Source: an uncultured Clostridia bacterium (GTDB lineage: Bacteria > Bacillota > Clostridia > Christensenellales > UBA1242). Taken from it: DNA of 29,456 bases. A model generated the notes under the pieces. The model saw only the letters and a list, made by a program, of their open reading frames with translations. It was not told the DNA's origin and did not search any database. Each line of letters opens with the position of its first letter. Position 1 is the first letter of the stretch. Positions 16,585 through 29,345 of the stretch are shown one piece after another. Both the position numbers and the translations under genes were made by a program. Location: positions 1 through 29,456 of the forward strand of contig CALDPW010000034.1 in assembly GCA_937911885.1 (NCBI GenBank), written 5' to 3'.

Positions 16585-17616
16585 ATGAAAGAAAAACTAG
16601 AACAAATTAAAAAGGATTTTGACTTAGATTTGGCTTCGGTAAAAAGCTTTGAAGATCTTGAATCCCTAAAACTAAAATATATGGGTAAAAAAGGTTTAAT
16701 TAATCAAGTTATGCCAATGTTAAAAGATGTTCCAAACGAACAAAAACGTGAAATGGGAATGCTTGTTAACTCGGTTAAAACAGCAATTGAAACCAGCATT
16801 GATAGTGTTAATCAAAATTTGGAACAACAAAAGTTGGATAACGAACTTAACAATGCAAAGTTAATTGATATAACAATGCCAGTTGAAACAGGTGTTGGTT
16901 CGTTGCACCCAAGAACAATTTTGCAAAAGGAAATTGAAGAAGTGTTTGTTTCAATGGGATTTACTGTTGATATGGGTAACGAAATTGAAACCGAATTTAA
17001 CAACTTTGATGCTGTAAATGTTCCTTCAACACACCCAGCACGTGATATGCAAGATACATTTTGGTTAAGCAATGGTCAAGTATTAAAAACACACACATCT
17101 GCTGGTCAAAATCGTATTTTATCAAAATATAAAGGCACTTGCCGTGTAATTTTCCCGGGCAGATGTTTTAGAAACGAAGCCTTAGATGCTGGTCACGAAA
17201 ACACATTCTTTCAAATGGAAGGTGTTATTGTTGATAAAAATGTTAGCGTTGCAAACTTGATATATTTCATGAAAGAAATGCTTTCAAAAGTGTTCAAAAA
17301 AGAAGTAGAAGTTAGATTGCGTCCTGGTTATTTCCCATTTACCGAACCAAGTTTTGAAATGGATGTTAAATGTCCTTTCTGCGATGGCGTTGGTTGCAAA
17401 ACTTGTGGTGGCAGTGGTTGGATTGAACTTTGCCCATGTGGAATGATTCATCCTCGCGTGTTGGAAATGGCAGGAATTGATCCAAACGAATATTCGGGCT
17501 GCGCATTTGGTTTGGGATTTGATCGTTTGGTTATGATAAAATCAAACCTTAACGATATTAGAGTTTTGAATAGTGGAAATTTAAAAGTGTTAAAACCATT
17601 TAAGGTTAACATTTAA
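16585..17616 (+). CDS. pheS: Phenylalanyl-tRNA synthetase alpha subunit
   Basis: HPARDMQDTF, THTS, PGRCFRNE, RPGYFPFTEPS, AFGLGFDRL. Confidence 0.97.
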   Translation: MKEKLEQIKKDFDLDLASVKSFEDLESLKLKYMGKKGLINQVMPMLKDVPNEQKREMGMLVNSVKTAIETSIDSVNQNLEQQKLDNELNNAKLIDITMPVETGVGSLHPRTILQKEIEEVFVSMGFTVDMGNEIETEFNNFDAVNVPSTHPARDMQDTFWLSNGQVLKTHTSAGQNRILSKYKGTCRVIFPGRCFRNEALDAGHENTFFQMEGVIVDKNVSVANLIYFMKEMLSKVFKKEVEVRLRPGYFPFTEPSFEMDVKCPFCDGVGCKTCGGSGWIELCPCGMIHPRVLEMAGIDPNEYSGCAFGLGFDRLVMIKSNLNDIRVLNSGNLKVLKPFKVNI

Positions 17617-17625
17617 GGAGAAATT

Positions 17626-20004
17626 ATGAGAGTTTCGATTAATTGGATTAAGGAATTTGTTGATTTAAGTGGAATTGAAGTTGATGAACTTGTAAAAAGA
17701 TTTAACTTATCAACAGCCGAAATTGAAGATGTTTATTATATGGGATCAAACACCAAAAATGTTGTTTTAGCCAAAATTTTGGAAGTTAATGATCACCCAG
17801 AAAGTAAAAAATTGCATATTTTAAAGGTTGACGATGGTTTGGAAGTTCCAACACAAGTTGTTTGTGGTGCTCCAAATGTTAGAGTTGGCATGATTACAGC
17901 TTTTGCAAGAGTTGGAAGTTTGGTTAATGGCACTCCTATTAACAAAGCAAAACTTGCTGGTGTTGAAAGTTTTGGTATGTGTTGTGGCGAAAGTGAACTT
18001 GGAATTGGCTCAGACGAGAGTGGAATTATTGAGTTTGATGAAATTGCACCAATGGGAACCGATATTAAAACACTTTTTGCAATTGATGATGTTATTTTAG
18101 AAATTGATAACAAAACCTTAACAAATCGTCCAGATTTGTGGGGACATTATGGTTTAGCAAGAGAATTTGCTGCTATTTTTGGTCGTGAATTAAAACCTTT
18201 GCAATTAGAAAACCTAGAACAATACAACAATCTTAAAAAACTTGATATTAAAGTAGAAAACAAAAACTGCTATCGATATTCGGGAATTACCGTAAAAAAT
18301 GTAACACAAAAACATAGCCCACTAAACATGAAAATTAAGTTGAATTATTGTGGTATGCGAGATATTAATTTGCTTGCTGATATGACAAACTATTTAATGT
18401 TGGAAGTTGGTCAACCAATGCATGCTTTTGATAATGCTATTGTTGAAGGAATTACTGTTACCGAACCACAACAAAACGTAAAAATGACAACACTTGAAGG
18501 CGAAGAACACGAAGTTAAGGCTGGTAGTGTGTTAATTTGTGATAACAAGCTAGAACCTGTTGCAATTGCTGGTGTTAAAGGTGGCTTAAAATCTGGAATT
18601 TCGGATGCTACAACATCACTATTGTTAGAATCGGCAACATTTGATCCTGTTGCAATTAGAAAAAGTGCAAAAGCTGTTGGTTTGGTTACCGATGCTAGTT
18701 TGCGTTACGAAAAATCGTTAGATCCCGAACTTACTGTAACAGCTATTGCAAGATTGATTTATGTGCTAAAACAAATTGATAAAAACATTGAGGTTAGCAG
18801 TGCATTAACCGATGTTTATAACTTTAAATATCCAAAACACACAATTTCCACAACTTACAAATTCTTAAACGATCGTAGTGGATTAGAACTACCAAAACAA
18901 CGTGTTAAAGCCATTTTAACAAGTTTAGGATTTGAATTTGCCGAGGACGAAAACAACGGATTTACCGTTAATGTTCCTTCGTGGCGTGGAACAAAAGATG
19001 TTTCGATTAAGGAAGATTTGGTGGAAGAAGTTTTAAGAATGTATGGTTATGATAACATTACTCCACTTCCATTAAGTTTTAATTTGGAACCTGTTATTCA
19101 ACAAAAAGAACAAGTGTTAGAATACAAAACAAAACGTTTACTTGCCGAAAAATATGGCATAAGCGAAGTTCATACATATTTGTGGAATTATGAAGATTTT
19201 AATAATGCGCATGGTATTAACGAAAACAGTGTTGTAACACTTATGGATACATCAAACAGTGGTCAATCTGGCATTAGAAATCGTTTGGCACCAAGCGTTA
19301 TTAAAGTGATGTTCGAAAACAGAAACAACTTTAACGATATTAAGATTTGTGAAATTGGCAGAGTTGCAAATGCTATTAAAAATAACATTGTTGAAGAACA
19401 AAATCATTTAGCAGTTGTTTTGGCAAGCACAACAAAAACCGATGCTGATTTATATTTTGAATTAAAAGCAATTGTTGAAAACTTGGCTGAATCGCTAGTT
19501 GAAACAAAAGTTGAATACATTATGGAGCAAACCGAAGAATATTTGCATCCAAAAAATTCGTGCGCACTTTATGTTAACAATCAAAAAATTGGTTGTATGG
19601 GCGTAATTAATCCACGAACAAATCAAAGTTTATCAGCTAAACACAAAATTTGTGTGTTAGAACTTGATTTTGGAAAATTTGTTAATGCTCCAGTTGTAAA
19701 ACAAGCCAGAAATGCTGTTTCAAAATTCCAAAGTGTTAGCCTAGACTTTAACTTTTTAGTTCCAGAAAACATGCCATATAAAGCCATTGAAGATATTATT
19801 AAAAACTTTAAATGCAACTTTATTATGGAACAAAAATTAAAAGATGTTTACGAAAATAAAGAAGTGTTAAAAGATAAAAAGAGTTTTACAATTAACTTTG
19901 TAATTACTCCTACCGATAAAACTTTAACAACAAAAGATATTGAAACATTTAGCGCAAGAATTATTGCCGAATTTAAGAAAAACGGTATTGAACTTAGAGC
20001 TTAA
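17626..20004 (+). CDS. pheT: Phenylalanyl-tRNA synthetase beta subunit
   Basis: QVVCGAPN, NRPDL, GQPMHAFD, LLESATF, EDLVEEVLRMYGY, C-terminal anticodon-binding domain. Confidence 0.97.
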   Translation: MRVSINWIKEFVDLSGIEVDELVKRFNLSTAEIEDVYYMGSNTKNVVLAKILEVNDHPESKKLHILKVDDGLEVPTQVVCGAPNVRVGMITAFARVGSLVNGTPINKAKLAGVESFGMCCGESELGIGSDESGIIEFDEIAPMGTDIKTLFAIDDVILEIDNKTLTNRPDLWGHYGLAREFAAIFGRELKPLQLENLEQYNNLKKLDIKVENKNCYRYSGITVKNVTQKHSPLNMKIKLNYCGMRDINLLADMTNYLMLEVGQPMHAFDNAIVEGITVTEPQQNVKMTTLEGEEHEVKAGSVLICDNKLEPVAIAGVKGGLKSGISDATTSLLLESATFDPVAIRKSAKAVGLVTDASLRYEKSLDPELTVTAIARLIYVLKQIDKNIEVSSALTDVYNFKYPKHTISTTYKFLNDRSGLELPKQRVKAILTSLGFEFAEDENNGFTVNVPSWRGTKDVSIKEDLVEEVLRMYGYDNITPLPLSFNLEPVIQQKEQVLEYKTKRLLAEKYGISEVHTYLWNYEDFNNAHGINENSVVTLMDTSNSGQSGIRNRLAPSVIKVMFENRNNFNDIKICEIGRVANAIKNNIVEEQNHLAVVLASTTKTDADLYFELKAIVENLAESLVETKVEYIMEQTEEYLHPKNSCALYVNNQKIGCMGVINPRTNQSLSAKHKICVLELDFGKFVNAPVVKQARNAVSKFQSVSLDFNFLVPENMPYKAIEDIIKNFKCNFIMEQKLKDVYENKEVLKDKKSFTINFVITPTDKTLTTKDIETFSARIIAEFKKNGIELRA

Positions 20005-20033
20005 AATGGTGCACGCAAGTGCATCATTTTTTT
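20003..20033 (+). terminator. Intrinsic terminator after pheT
   Basis: AAAATGGTGCAC-GCAA-GTGCATCATTTT followed by a T run (GNRA loop). Confidence 0.85.
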
Positions 20034-20219
20034 GTTTTAATAATATTTTTGCGTTAACATTGTTGGTTAGTAGTTAAATTTTACAACATAAATAAATAAA
20101 AATTAGACACAATATAAATATATATTTAATATAAATATTTATTTTGTGTTTATTTTTTGTTTTGCGATAGAACATTTTTTTGTTAAAATGGTGGTAGTTA
20201 CAAAAAGGAAGAATGGATT

Positions 20220-23200
20220 ATGAAAAAACATAAATCGTTACTTACATTAATAATTGGTATTATTTCCACAGCTATTTTAGCAGGCTGTGGTTGTTCTAAT
20301 AATGTTAACCCAACAAAAATTGTAGTTGACTGCGAGTCGACTTCTGTTATTGTTGGAAACACAGTGGATATTAATTATAGCATTTCGCCAGTTAATGCAA
20401 CCAAAACACAAGTTTCGGTTAGCGTTAACAAGCCGGATGTTGTATCGGTATCGGAAACAACACTAAACGGAATAAATGGTAAGGTTACCGTTACAGCATT
20501 AAAAGAAGATGCTGAGGGTGCACTTATTACATTTAGTATTGATGGCACAAACTTAATGACATCAACACAAGTAGTTGTTAAGCCTGTTCCTCAACAACTA
20601 GATGCTCCAAATAACATGTATACAAGTTTTATAACATCTAGTGAAGGAAACAAAATCAGATTCCGAGCTGTTCCAAATGCTGTATCATATCAACTTGATT
20701 TAAATGGAGCTGTTTATGATGTGGCTGATCCAAATCCAAATTCACCAAAGCTTGATAGAGATGTTTTCTTTGATTTAACAGCAGCCGAAGTTGATATTGT
20801 TCCAGATCAAGGAAACATTGTTAAAATTAAGGCTGTTGCCGATGGTGTTAATTATGTTGATGGTAATTTTGGTGAAGAATATAAATTTATTAAACTTTCA
20901 CCAGTAACAGGGCTAACACTTTCTGGTGGTAAATTAACATGGGATAACAATGTTAATGCCGATCGTTATGAACTTGAAATAAATGGAACCCAGAAAAGGG
21001 AATATACAACAACAAACTCATATGATCTTAAGATTACAACCGATGGTGCTTACACAATTAGAGTTAAGGCTTCACATAACATAACCGAAACTAATGCAGA
21101 TGGCTATTATGTATTTGCAGGAGAATATTCTGAACCATTTGTTGTTTACAAATTGGGACGTCCAAATGTTCAACTTGTAAACAATTATGCTGTTGGTGGT
21201 GTTATTGGTTATAGCCAAATCAAATGGCCAAAAATTGCAGGTGCTACTTCATATGCTGTTTCGGTTAGTCCAGCAAATGCTCTTGGCGAAACCGATTTTG
21301 AGGTTTTAGCATCCGATGATCCTTCAATTGTTTTGGATGAAAATTATCTAACAGGTGTTAAATACACATTCACAGTTACTCCTGTTGGTGACGAAACAAA
21401 TTCGCTTGATCCAAAATCTAACACAGTTTCGGCTACAAAAACCGAAGGTGTTAGCAACTTTAATATTTCAAACAACAAATTAACATTTGATGGCGTTGCT
21501 CAAAGCGGCGGATACGAATTGTTGTTAAGTGGCAACTCTATTGCTAGAGGGGTTACAAGCAACCAAACCGAATTTGACATTGCCGAAATGTTTAATATAA
21601 AAGGAACATATAGTTTAAGTGTTAGAACTCTTGGCGTTATTACAAATGTTTTATCACTTGCAAACAGTGAACCAGTTGATTCACAAATAACAATTACAAA
21701 ATTAGGTAATCCAGTTGTAACATCGGTTTCAAATACAGGATTGGTTACCTTTAATGCTGAACAAGGCGCACAATCATATCAAATATATTTGGATGATGTT
21801 TATCTTGAAACCATAACAACCACCACATATCAACTTGATTATCAAGCAATTGATATTGGGGCGCACACAGTTAAGGTTCAAGCTGTTGGAAACGGCACTG
21901 GTATTATTTCGAGTGGTGTTGAAAATGCTATTAACTATGAATTTACAAAACTTGAACAAGTTGAAACAGTTGTTGTTAACAACGATACCATTTCGTTTAC
22001 AAATGTTGAAAATGCACTAAGTTACTCCATTAAAATTAATGATGGAGCCGCAGTGTTGGTTGCAGCAACTGATGAAACAATAACATACAAAATTACCGAA
22101 AATGTTATTGATGGGTTAAATTACATTTCTGTTACAACTGTTGGTGATAACATTGTTAACACATCTTCAAACGCTAAGGTGTTTGAATTTACCCGTTTAG
22201 ATAAACCAAACAATATGCGCATTGAAAATGGCGTTTTAAAATGGTCGGTTAGTGACGATGCTTACTACATGGTTTATGTAGGCGATGATGAAGATGGTGT
22301 AAGAGTTGAATCGGGAATTTATTCAAGCATTACAGTTACACAAACAGATTTGTTAGTTAAAGTAAAAGCTTGTTACAAACATAGTGGATATTTAAGCAGT
22401 GATTATCAAACCATTACTGTTAACAAACTTGCAAAAGTTGATCTTTCAACAATTAAAGTTATGCCAAAAGGCGAAGATAACTTAAATCCAAATTACAAGC
22501 TAACATGGCAAGCTGTGCCAAATGCAACAGGTTATAATATTATTGTTGCAGATACTTTACAAAATGACATTCAAACCGAATATTTAGGAATTACAGCGTT
22601 AAGTTTAGATATTCCTAACGAATATGTAAGCGATACATACACAATAAAAATTACTGCACTTGGTAATTCAACAACCAGTGGCATTGGTTACTTAAACTCC
22701 GAAGTAGAAACTTTTGTGTTTAACAAACTAGCAGCTCCAACAGGAGTTAGAATTAATGCTGGCAAATTGATTTGGTCATATTCAAAAAATCCAAAACCAG
22801 CTAGCTACACAATTGGTATTACCTATGCAGAACAAGCAGAAGTTTTTGTTACAACAACTGCTAATGGAATATATGATTTAAGTTCTTACGGAACCGAATC
22901 AATTAAAGTTAGAGTTAGAGCAAATGGTAACAACGAAACATTGGTTACCGGTGAATATAGCCAAGTTGTTGAAGTTTCAAAATTAACAGCTGTAACTGGT
23001 TTTGCTGTTACAAATGGTGTTATAACATTTGATAAACACGCAGTTGCTGGTGTTACTTACAATGTTTATGTTAACGATACTTTAAGCGAAAGTGCTGTGT
23101 TTACTTATGGTGAACAAAGCGTTACGGTTTATTTACCAGAACTTGTGGCTGCTGCTCAATATAACATTACTGTTGAAGCAGTGTTGCAAGGAATGATTAC

Positions 23201-26200
23201 TAGTGATAAAACAACTGTTCTTCAAGTTGTAAAATTAAACAGTGTTGAAGACTTTACAATTGCTAACAACATATTTACTTGGTCGGCCGTTGAAAATGCA
23301 GTTTCTTATGAAATTTCATGCAATGGTGTAACAAAATCAACAACCACAACAACCTTTAATTTTAGCGAATTTAACATTGTTGATTGCCAAGTTTACTCAT
23401 TTGTTATTAGAGCTATTGGTAGCACAAGTGCAACAACTTTGGGCTACTTAAACTCAAATGCAAGTTCAACATCGTTAAATGTTGTAATTGCGCCAGCTCC
23501 TGAAGCTGTTATTGAAAATAGTATTTTAATACTTACTCCAAACGAGAACGAAGATTTAATTCCAAACAATTATAGAATTGAAATTGTTGATATGGATACT
23601 ATGGAAGTTGCTGCTGATCTTACAATTGGTAACAACGAACTAAATTATGATTTAACAAAGGTTGCGTTGTTGCCGGCAACCTATATGATTAATGTTTATA
23701 GTGTTGGTAACAATGGAACCATAATTGCTCATCCAACTCCTACTATATTAGCTGATATTAGAAAACTAGATGCTAACGATGCAGGATTAAAGATTAGTGG
23801 TGGTGTTATTACTTGGACAAGTGCAATACTTGGTGCTACTTTTGATATTTATGTTTCTAATGGCACACAAATGGTTAAAAAGGTTAGCGATACAAGCGAC
23901 ACATCTGTTGTGTTTAATGATTTAGAAAAAGGTAAACTATACGAAGTTGCTATTGTTATTAAAGAATCGGGTGCAATTGATAGTGATATATCTACTGCAT
24001 TAAAAGTTACAAAATTACCTGACGTTACAGGATTGAAACTTATTAACGATTATGGGACAATTTGTTTTTACTGGAACGGTGTTCAAATTAATAATGTTGC
24101 ACCAAACCCAGCAAAATTTGCATACGAAATTGTTCCAGTTGAAGAATTAGAGCCATTTAATGGCAAAACCGATAACGGAAGCGTTAACTTACTAGATCTT
24201 GAATTTAACTATCCAGATGTTTATGTTGCAAACTTTAAAATTAGAGCAATTGGTAGTGTTAACGAAACCGAGGAAGGATATTTAAATGGGGATTTAAGCA
24301 CAAGCCCATTAAAAGTAACAAAACTAAAACCAATAACAAGTGTTTCAATAACTGAGGATAACTTGTTAAGTATTGATAACCCAAACCCACAAGCAATTGA
24401 AATTTATATTGGGTTTGAAAATTCTGAAACATTTGAATATTATGAATGTGGCGTTCCAAACGAAACAAAAACATTAGATATTACCAACATGTTAGATCCT
24501 GGCATTTATAATTTAATGATGCTTGTTGTTGGCAATATTGATCAAGGCGTTATTAATTCTGATTGGTTTATTGGACCAAACATTGAAGTTTTGGCACCAA
24601 TAACATCAATGAATGTTATTAATGGATACTTAAATTGGACAAGTTTAGGCGAAGATGTTGTTTATGAAATTTTTGCCGACAACCAAAAAATAAGCATTAC
24701 TGTTGAAATATTACCAGAAACACCTGAAGGTGAAGAGCCTGGTGAGGAAGAAAAAAATCCGGAAGAGCCTGCGGTTATTGATGAGGATGTTAAGGATGAT
24801 ACTAATGGATCCGAAACCGAAACTCCAGTAGACCCAGAAAATCCAGAACAACCACAACCAGAAATTATAACCGAAGTTCATGATTACTTTAGAAATCTTG
24901 ATGATGGCAGGTTATTAAATCCACAACTAAAAGCAAATGTTGATATTGCAATTAAGATGCGTGCACGCAAATTAAATAGCACCGAAAACACATTAACATT
25001 CCTAAGCAAATTTAGTGAAGAGTATTATGTAAACAAATTGTTATCGGTAGACGACTTACAATTTAAAAACAACCTGCTAACTTGGAGTAAGGTTAAAAAT
25101 GCAGTTGGCTACGTTATTAAAGTTGAAAATGCAATTGCTGCTGATATTTTTGGCGGATGCGAATATTACGATGACACCTTAGGTGGAATTAAAGTTAACG
25201 GAAGTGCTCATGGCGAAGCAGGATTTGAACTTCCAACAACAATTCCTGCAGGTTTTTATAAATTCTATGTTGTTGCATTAGGTTCAACAACCACCACAAT
25301 GGATGAGTTGGGATATTTAACTGGTGATATGAGCAATATTGCAGATGCAACCATTTTGCCAGAACCAGCAAATATTCATATGGAAAATGGTCATATTACT
25401 TGGGACGAAGTTGATGGTGCATTAAATTACTTTATTACTGTTGCTGAAAAAGGAACAGGCATAACAACCGAAACTTCATATTATTCGTTAGCTAGAAGAG
25501 AAGGATTAGATCATTTAACTTATGGTCCAGGATCATATGTTGTAACAATTCAAGCTATTGGTGATGGTGTTAAGGTGTTAAAATCTAACCCAACCGAACT
25601 TTCACAAATTGTTGTTTACAAACCACCAAAGGTTGAAAACTTTAAAGTTGTGGATGGTTTTGTATATTGGGAAATGCCATTTACTAACGAATTGATGGTT
25701 GCCCTAAACGGAAATCAACCATTTGATAGTGTTATGAAGCAAAACTTGTTAAAAGCACTTAACCAACGTGAAAATGCTGAAGATCCAATGCTTTATTATA
25801 ACTACGAATTCTTAACAAATATTGAAGCAACAATTAATGGTGTTGTTTATACAAACCTAAAACCATATACAATTGCACTATCTTCAGATTTAACATGCTT
25901 ACAATTTACATTAGACTTCAATTTCACTGAAGATGGCTTGAAGAATATGTATAACATTAAGGTAAGATATTTAGGAAGTGCATTTAACTCTGAAATTGTT
26001 ATTATGCCAGATGTTGAAAACAATGGTGGCGGTGGCGAAGAAGAAATTATGCTTGCCGAAGAGTTTGAAAATCCAGACGATGGAGAAGGCGAAGGGGGTT
26101 CACCAGAAGGCGGAGAAGGTGGCGAAGAAGGTGGAGAAGGAGCTCCAGTAGCAATTTCGAACTTTGTTAACGGACTATACTCGGGCGAAATTAATGCATA

Positions 26201-29200
26201 CAAACTTCCAGCACCTCAAACTCCAATTGTTGATGCGTTGGAAAACTATGAACCTATAATGACAATGATTAAAAACGATAATGTTTACTTTACTTCGGTA
26301 GCTGCTCGTGATGGTTTTGAAATTAACTATATTATTACTGCAATTTCACAAACAACTGGCGAACATAAAACATTACGTATTGATGGAACAAATGAAGATT
26401 ATATGTCCAAAGACGAAACCGGAACAATTGTAAGCAGAAATGTTTATAAAGTGCCTGTGGTTGAATTAAACCTAAATCAAGGTGAAAAATACTTCTTAAA
26501 TGTTAGAGCATTAGGAACACCTGATTCTGATTTAGAAACAGAAAATGCTATTTACTTAACCAGTAACTACAATAATCAATGCGAAATTCAATTGCTTGAA
26601 AAACCAACAATTGCTATGGTTAGTGGTAATATTACTGTAACTATTCCAATTGGTGCACAAGTTATTAATTTGCGTGTTTGGGATTCGGTAACTGGTGAAG
26701 TCTTTGATATTAACAAACATAATCCTGATGAAGGCATTATTGTTGAAAATATTGAATTAAGTGAGATTTCAATCGAAGATCAATATATTGATTCAATTGA
26801 TGGATATTATTACTTCTACATGTCAAACAACACAAAATATAAACCTGGCAGATATTATGTTCAAGCAATCGCTGTTGGTGATGGCACAACATTAATATCT
26901 TCAAAAGCAAGTGATAAAGAAACAGTATTCAAAACCTCTGGTGTTCAAAATGTAACACTAAAAGAAGGTAAATTTACTTGGGATGCCGTTGACTTTACTT
27001 ATTCGGCTCCGGGTGTAACACAACGAATTAGAGCGTTATCGTATAAGATTGATGTTATTCAATCGGCATATATAAACGATGAGTTTGTTGAAGGTAGCGA
27101 TATGTTGCTTGCAACCTATATTTTAAGTGCTGCCGAAGTGGCAAGTTCGGATGCAACAAGATGTTATTTCGACTTACCAAGCAATAGCGATATGTATCCA
27201 GCACTTGGCGAAGACGGAAAAGTGTTTAAATATAGTATTAATGTTGGATTGAGTGGATCTTCAACTGAAGCTACTGAAGAAGATATTTACGCTTACTATA
27301 ATGGATTAAACGTTGTTAACTCCGACACAGCAAAATCGGGCTATTATGCAAGATTAACACAACCAGTTGAACTAGAAATGGTTGAAGGTGTGTTGCAATG
27401 GAAGGCTGTTAACCGTGCTGTATCTTACGAAGTTTATATGCTAGATGTATCGTATCCGGCTGAAGTTTTGGAATATGGTATTATTTCAGATGGCGACATT
27501 CGTAGATTAAATTTTGAAGGATTTGATTTTGAAACCGGTAAAGCATATTCAGTTATTATTAGAGCATTGCCTGGTGGTAATGATACTGAATACTTAAACG
27601 GTGAATATTCTCCAGAAATATTTGTTAGAAAACTTGAACAACCAAATATTAGAATTATTGATGGTGTTATTAAGTGGAATGTTACCGAAGTTGATTTGGC
27701 TATTGCAACAAGCGTTAACATTACAGTAACTGGTCCGGCTGGATTTACAAATGTAGATATTTCGGTTCCTGTTAATAATGTTGTAAATGGTGAAAATGGT
27801 TATGTTCTATGGGGTAGCGATGAAGATTATCCTGTTGGTGAATATACAGTTTCTGTTTGGTTCTCTGGATCAAACGGATTAATTCCAACCGAAATAACCG
27901 ATGTTCCTCCAGAAGGTGGCGAAGAATTGCCAGGAGCTCCTGAAATTAATGAAGGCGGCGAAGAAGGTGGAGAAGAAGGTGGCACTGATGATAACATTGA
28001 AACTCATGATGAGTTTGGTGGCGAAGCCCCAGATGGTGGTGAAGGTGGAGAAGGTCTTCCTCCAGAAGGTGAAGGTGGCGAAGGTGTAGAACCTGAAGTT
28101 CCTCAAGGCCCAGTGTTTGATCAAACAGCATATTGCTGGTTCACATCAGATGTAAGCACAATTACTGCAACAAAAATTGCAACATTAGAAGCAGATCGTT
28201 ATACCGAATACGATGCTGAATCGGGTGAAGGTATTAACTATATTACAGTTGATAGAGTTGATAATGCGTTATATTACACATTTACAGCTGTTAAATACGA
28301 CGCTGCTGGTGAAATTATTAAACAATACACAACAAATAAATTTATTGTTACTGATCCTACTCAAGAGTTTATATTTATTGATTCAACTAAGATTATGTAT
28401 AACTTAGCAGGTATTGCTAGATACGATGAAGAACATCAAGGCGATGCTGTGTTGTTTGGAACCGAATTTAGCATGTATGTTCAAGCATTTGCTGAAAATG
28501 CTGCATACAATATTCCTGGAAATAAATATATCATAAGCAACCCAAGCAACGAAGTTGCAATTGAAATTCCGGTTGCTCCAACAAATGTTAGATTTGAATA
28601 TCCAGGAACAATTAAGTGGGATAACTATTCTAAAAACACATATTCAAGAGTTAGAGTTGAATATGAAGGCGAACTTGGAACAAAGATTTATGATATTAAA
28701 GAATTGAATGTTTCAGAGTTTAAGTTAAAAGACATTGGTGTTGCAAGAGTTTCGGTATTAAGTTACTTAATTGCAGGACACGAAGAGATTCTTTCTTCTT
28801 ACACAACCATGGATGATAAAGTAAGTTACTTAATTTATGGTGGTGGTAATGGTAGTGTTGAAGATCCATATCAAATTACCAACGAAGAACATTTGCAAAA
28901 TGTTAGATACAATATGAATAGTAACTATATTTTAGGTTCAGATGTAAGCTTGTTTGCAAACGCTTCACCAGAACAACGTCCACAATATAGTGACGGTATG
29001 GTTATTAATGGTATTGGCGTTGAATTTACTGGTGTATTTGATGGAAATAATAAAACAATTAAAAACATTAACTATACCGATATTTACGCATCTGAAATGG
29101 CATTTATTCACACTGTGGCTCAAGAAGGTGTAATTAAAGATTTAACCTTAACAATTATGGGTTCAAATATTAATGCAACCAATTTTGCAGGTGTTGCAAT

Positions 29201-29345
29201 TTACAACTACGGAACAATTTCGAATGTTAAAGTTAATGCTGCAACAGCAAGCAATATAACTTCTTTGAAATGCTGGGCCGCAAGAACTCATCCCTTACAT
29301 GCTTTGCCGGTGCAGGTGTCGAGGAGCACTATTCACCCTCGATAA
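20220..29345 (+). CDS. Giant surface lipoprotein: Ig-like domain, about 26 FN3-like repeats, GLUG/M26-associated-type region; true C-terminus probably lost at about 29260
   Basis: Signal peptide with lipobox LAGC; recurring KLxxP/V...NGxLxW..VxNAxxY...YxIxVxAxG pattern; [18 protein letters not shown]...[12 protein letters not shown]. The last ~27 aa come from compositionally foreign DNA. Confidence 0.85.
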   Translation: MKKHKSLLTLIIGIISTAILAGCGCSNNVNPTKIVVDCESTSVIVGNTVDINYSISPVNATKTQVSVSVNKPDVVSVSETTLNGINGKVTVTALKEDAEGALITFSIDGTNLMTSTQVVVKPVPQQLDAPNNMYTSFITSSEGNKIRFRAVPNAVSYQLDLNGAVYDVADPNPNSPKLDRDVFFDLTAAEVDIVPDQGNIVKIKAVADGVNYVDGNFGEEYKFIKLSPVTGLTLSGGKLTWDNNVNADRYELEINGTQKREYTTTNSYDLKITTDGAYTIRVKASHNITETNADGYYVFAGEYSEPFVVYKLGRPNVQLVNNYAVGGVIGYSQIKWPKIAGATSYAVSVSPANALGETDFEVLASDDPSIVLDENYLTGVKYTFTVTPVGDETNSLDPKSNTVSATKTEGVSNFNISNNKLTFDGVAQSGGYELLLSGNSIARGVTSNQTEFDIAEMFNIKGTYSLSVRTLGVITNVLSLANSEPVDSQITITKLGNPVVTSVSNTGLVTFNAEQGAQSYQIYLDDVYLETITTTTYQLDYQAIDIGAHTVKVQAVGNGTGIISSGVENAINYEFTKLEQVETVVVNNDTISFTNVENALSYSIKINDGAAVLVAATDETITYKITENVIDGLNYISVTTVGDNIVNTSSNAKVFEFTRLDKPNNMRIENGVLKWSVSDDAYYMVYVGDDEDGVRVESGIYSSITVTQTDLLVKVKACYKHSGYLSSDYQTITVNKLAKVDLSTIKVMPKGEDNLNPNYKLTWQAVPNATGYNIIVADTLQNDIQTEYLGITALSLDIPNEYVSDTYTIKITALGNSTTSGIGYLNSEVETFVFNKLAAPTGVRINAGKLIWSYSKNPKPASYTIGITYAEQAEVFVTTTANGIYDLSSYGTESIKVRVRANGNNETLVTGEYSQVVEVSKLTAVTGFAVTNGVITFDKHAVAGVTYNVYVNDTLSESAVFTYGEQSVTVYLPELVAAAQYNITVEAVLQGMITSDKTTVLQVVKLNSVEDFTIANNIFTWSAVENAVSYEISCNGVTKSTTTTTFNFSEFNIVDCQVYSFVIRAIGSTSATTLGYLNSNASSTSLNVVIAPAPEAVIENSILILTPNENEDLIPNNYRIEIVDMDTMEVAADLTIGNNELNYDLTKVALLPATYMINVYSVGNNGTIIAHPTPTILADIRKLDANDAGLKISGGVITWTSAILGATFDIYVSNGTQMVKKVSDTSDTSVVFNDLEKGKLYEVAIVIKESGAIDSDISTALKVTKLPDVTGLKLINDYGTICFYWNGVQINNVAPNPAKFAYEIVPVEELEPFNGKTDNGSVNLLDLEFNYPDVYVANFKIRAIGSVNETEEGYLNGDLSTSPLKVTKLKPITSVSITEDNLLSIDNPNPQAIEIYIGFENSETFEYYECGVPNETKTLDITNMLDPGIYNLMMLVVGNIDQGVINSDWFIGPNIEVLAPITSMNVINGYLNWTSLGEDVVYEIFADNQKISITVEILPETPEGEEPGEEEKNPEEPAVIDEDVKDDTNGSETETPVDPENPEQPQPEIITEVHDYFRNLDDGRLLNPQLKANVDIAIKMRARKLNSTENTLTFLSKFSEEYYVNKLLSVDDLQFKNNLLTWSKVKNAVGYVIKVENAIAADIFGGCEYYDDTLGGIKVNGSAHGEAGFELPTTIPAGFYKFYVVALGSTTTTMDELGYLTGDMSNIADATILPEPANIHMENGHITWDEVDGALNYFITVAEKGTGITTETSYYSLARREGLDHLTYGPGSYVVTIQAIGDGVKVLKSNPTELSQIVVYKPPKVENFKVVDGFVYWEMPFTNELMVALNGNQPFDSVMKQNLLKALNQRENAEDPMLYYNYEFLTNIEATINGVVYTNLKPYTIALSSDLTCLQFTLDFNFTEDGLKNMYNIKVRYLGSAFNSEIVIMPDVENNGGGGEEEIMLAEEFENPDDGEGEGGSPEGGEGGEEGGEGAPVAISNFVNGLYSGEINAYKLPAPQTPIVDALENYEPIMTMIKNDNVYFTSVAARDGFEINYIITAISQTTGEHKTLRIDGTNEDYMSKDETGTIVSRNVYKVPVVELNLNQGEKYFLNVRALGTPDSDLETENAIYLTSNYNNQCEIQLLEKPTIAMVSGNITVTIPIGAQVINLRVWDSVTGEVFDINKHNPDEGIIVENIELSEISIEDQYIDSIDGYYYFYMSNNTKYKPGRYYVQAIAVGDGTTLISSKASDKETVFKTSGVQNVTLKEGKFTWDAVDFTYSAPGVTQRIRALSYKIDVIQSAYINDEFVEGSDMLLATYILSAAEVASSDATRCYFDLPSNSDMYPALGEDGKVFKYSINVGLSGSSTEATEEDIYAYYNGLNVVNSDTAKSGYYARLTQPVELEMVEGVLQWKAVNRAVSYEVYMLDVSYPAEVLEYGIISDGDIRRLNFEGFDFETGKAYSVIIRALPGGNDTEYLNGEYSPEIFVRKLEQPNIRIIDGVIKWNVTEVDLAIATSVNITVTGPAGFTNVDISVPVNNVVNGENGYVLWGSDEDYPVGEYTVSVWFSGSNGLIPTEITDVPPEGGEELPGAPEINEGGEEGGEEGGTDDNIETHDEFGGEAPDGGEGGEGLPPEGEGGEGVEPEVPQGPVFDQTAYCWFTSDVSTITATKIATLEADRYTEYDAESGEGINYITVDRVDNALYYTFTAVKYDAAGEIIKQYTTNKFIVTDPTQEFIFIDSTKIMYNLAGIARYDEEHQGDAVLFGTEFSMYVQAFAENAAYNIPGNKYIISNPSNEVAIEIPVAPTNVRFEYPGTIKWDNYSKNTYSRVRVEYEGELGTKIYDIKELNVSEFKLKDIGVARVSVLSYLIAGHEEILSSYTTMDDKVSYLIYGGGNGSVEDPYQITNEEHLQNVRYNMNSNYILGSDVSLFANASPEQRPQYSDGMVINGIGVEFTGVFDGNNKTIKNINYTDIYASEMAFIHTVAQEGVIKDLTLTIMGSNINATNFAGVAIYNYGTISNVKVNAATASNITSLKCWAARTHPLHALPVQVSRSTIHPR

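Noticed and set aside
25847..28131. Pro/Ser-rich or His/Leu-rich antisense ORFs within the giant gene
   Set aside because: They are mirror translations of the Glu/Gly low-complexity tracts.
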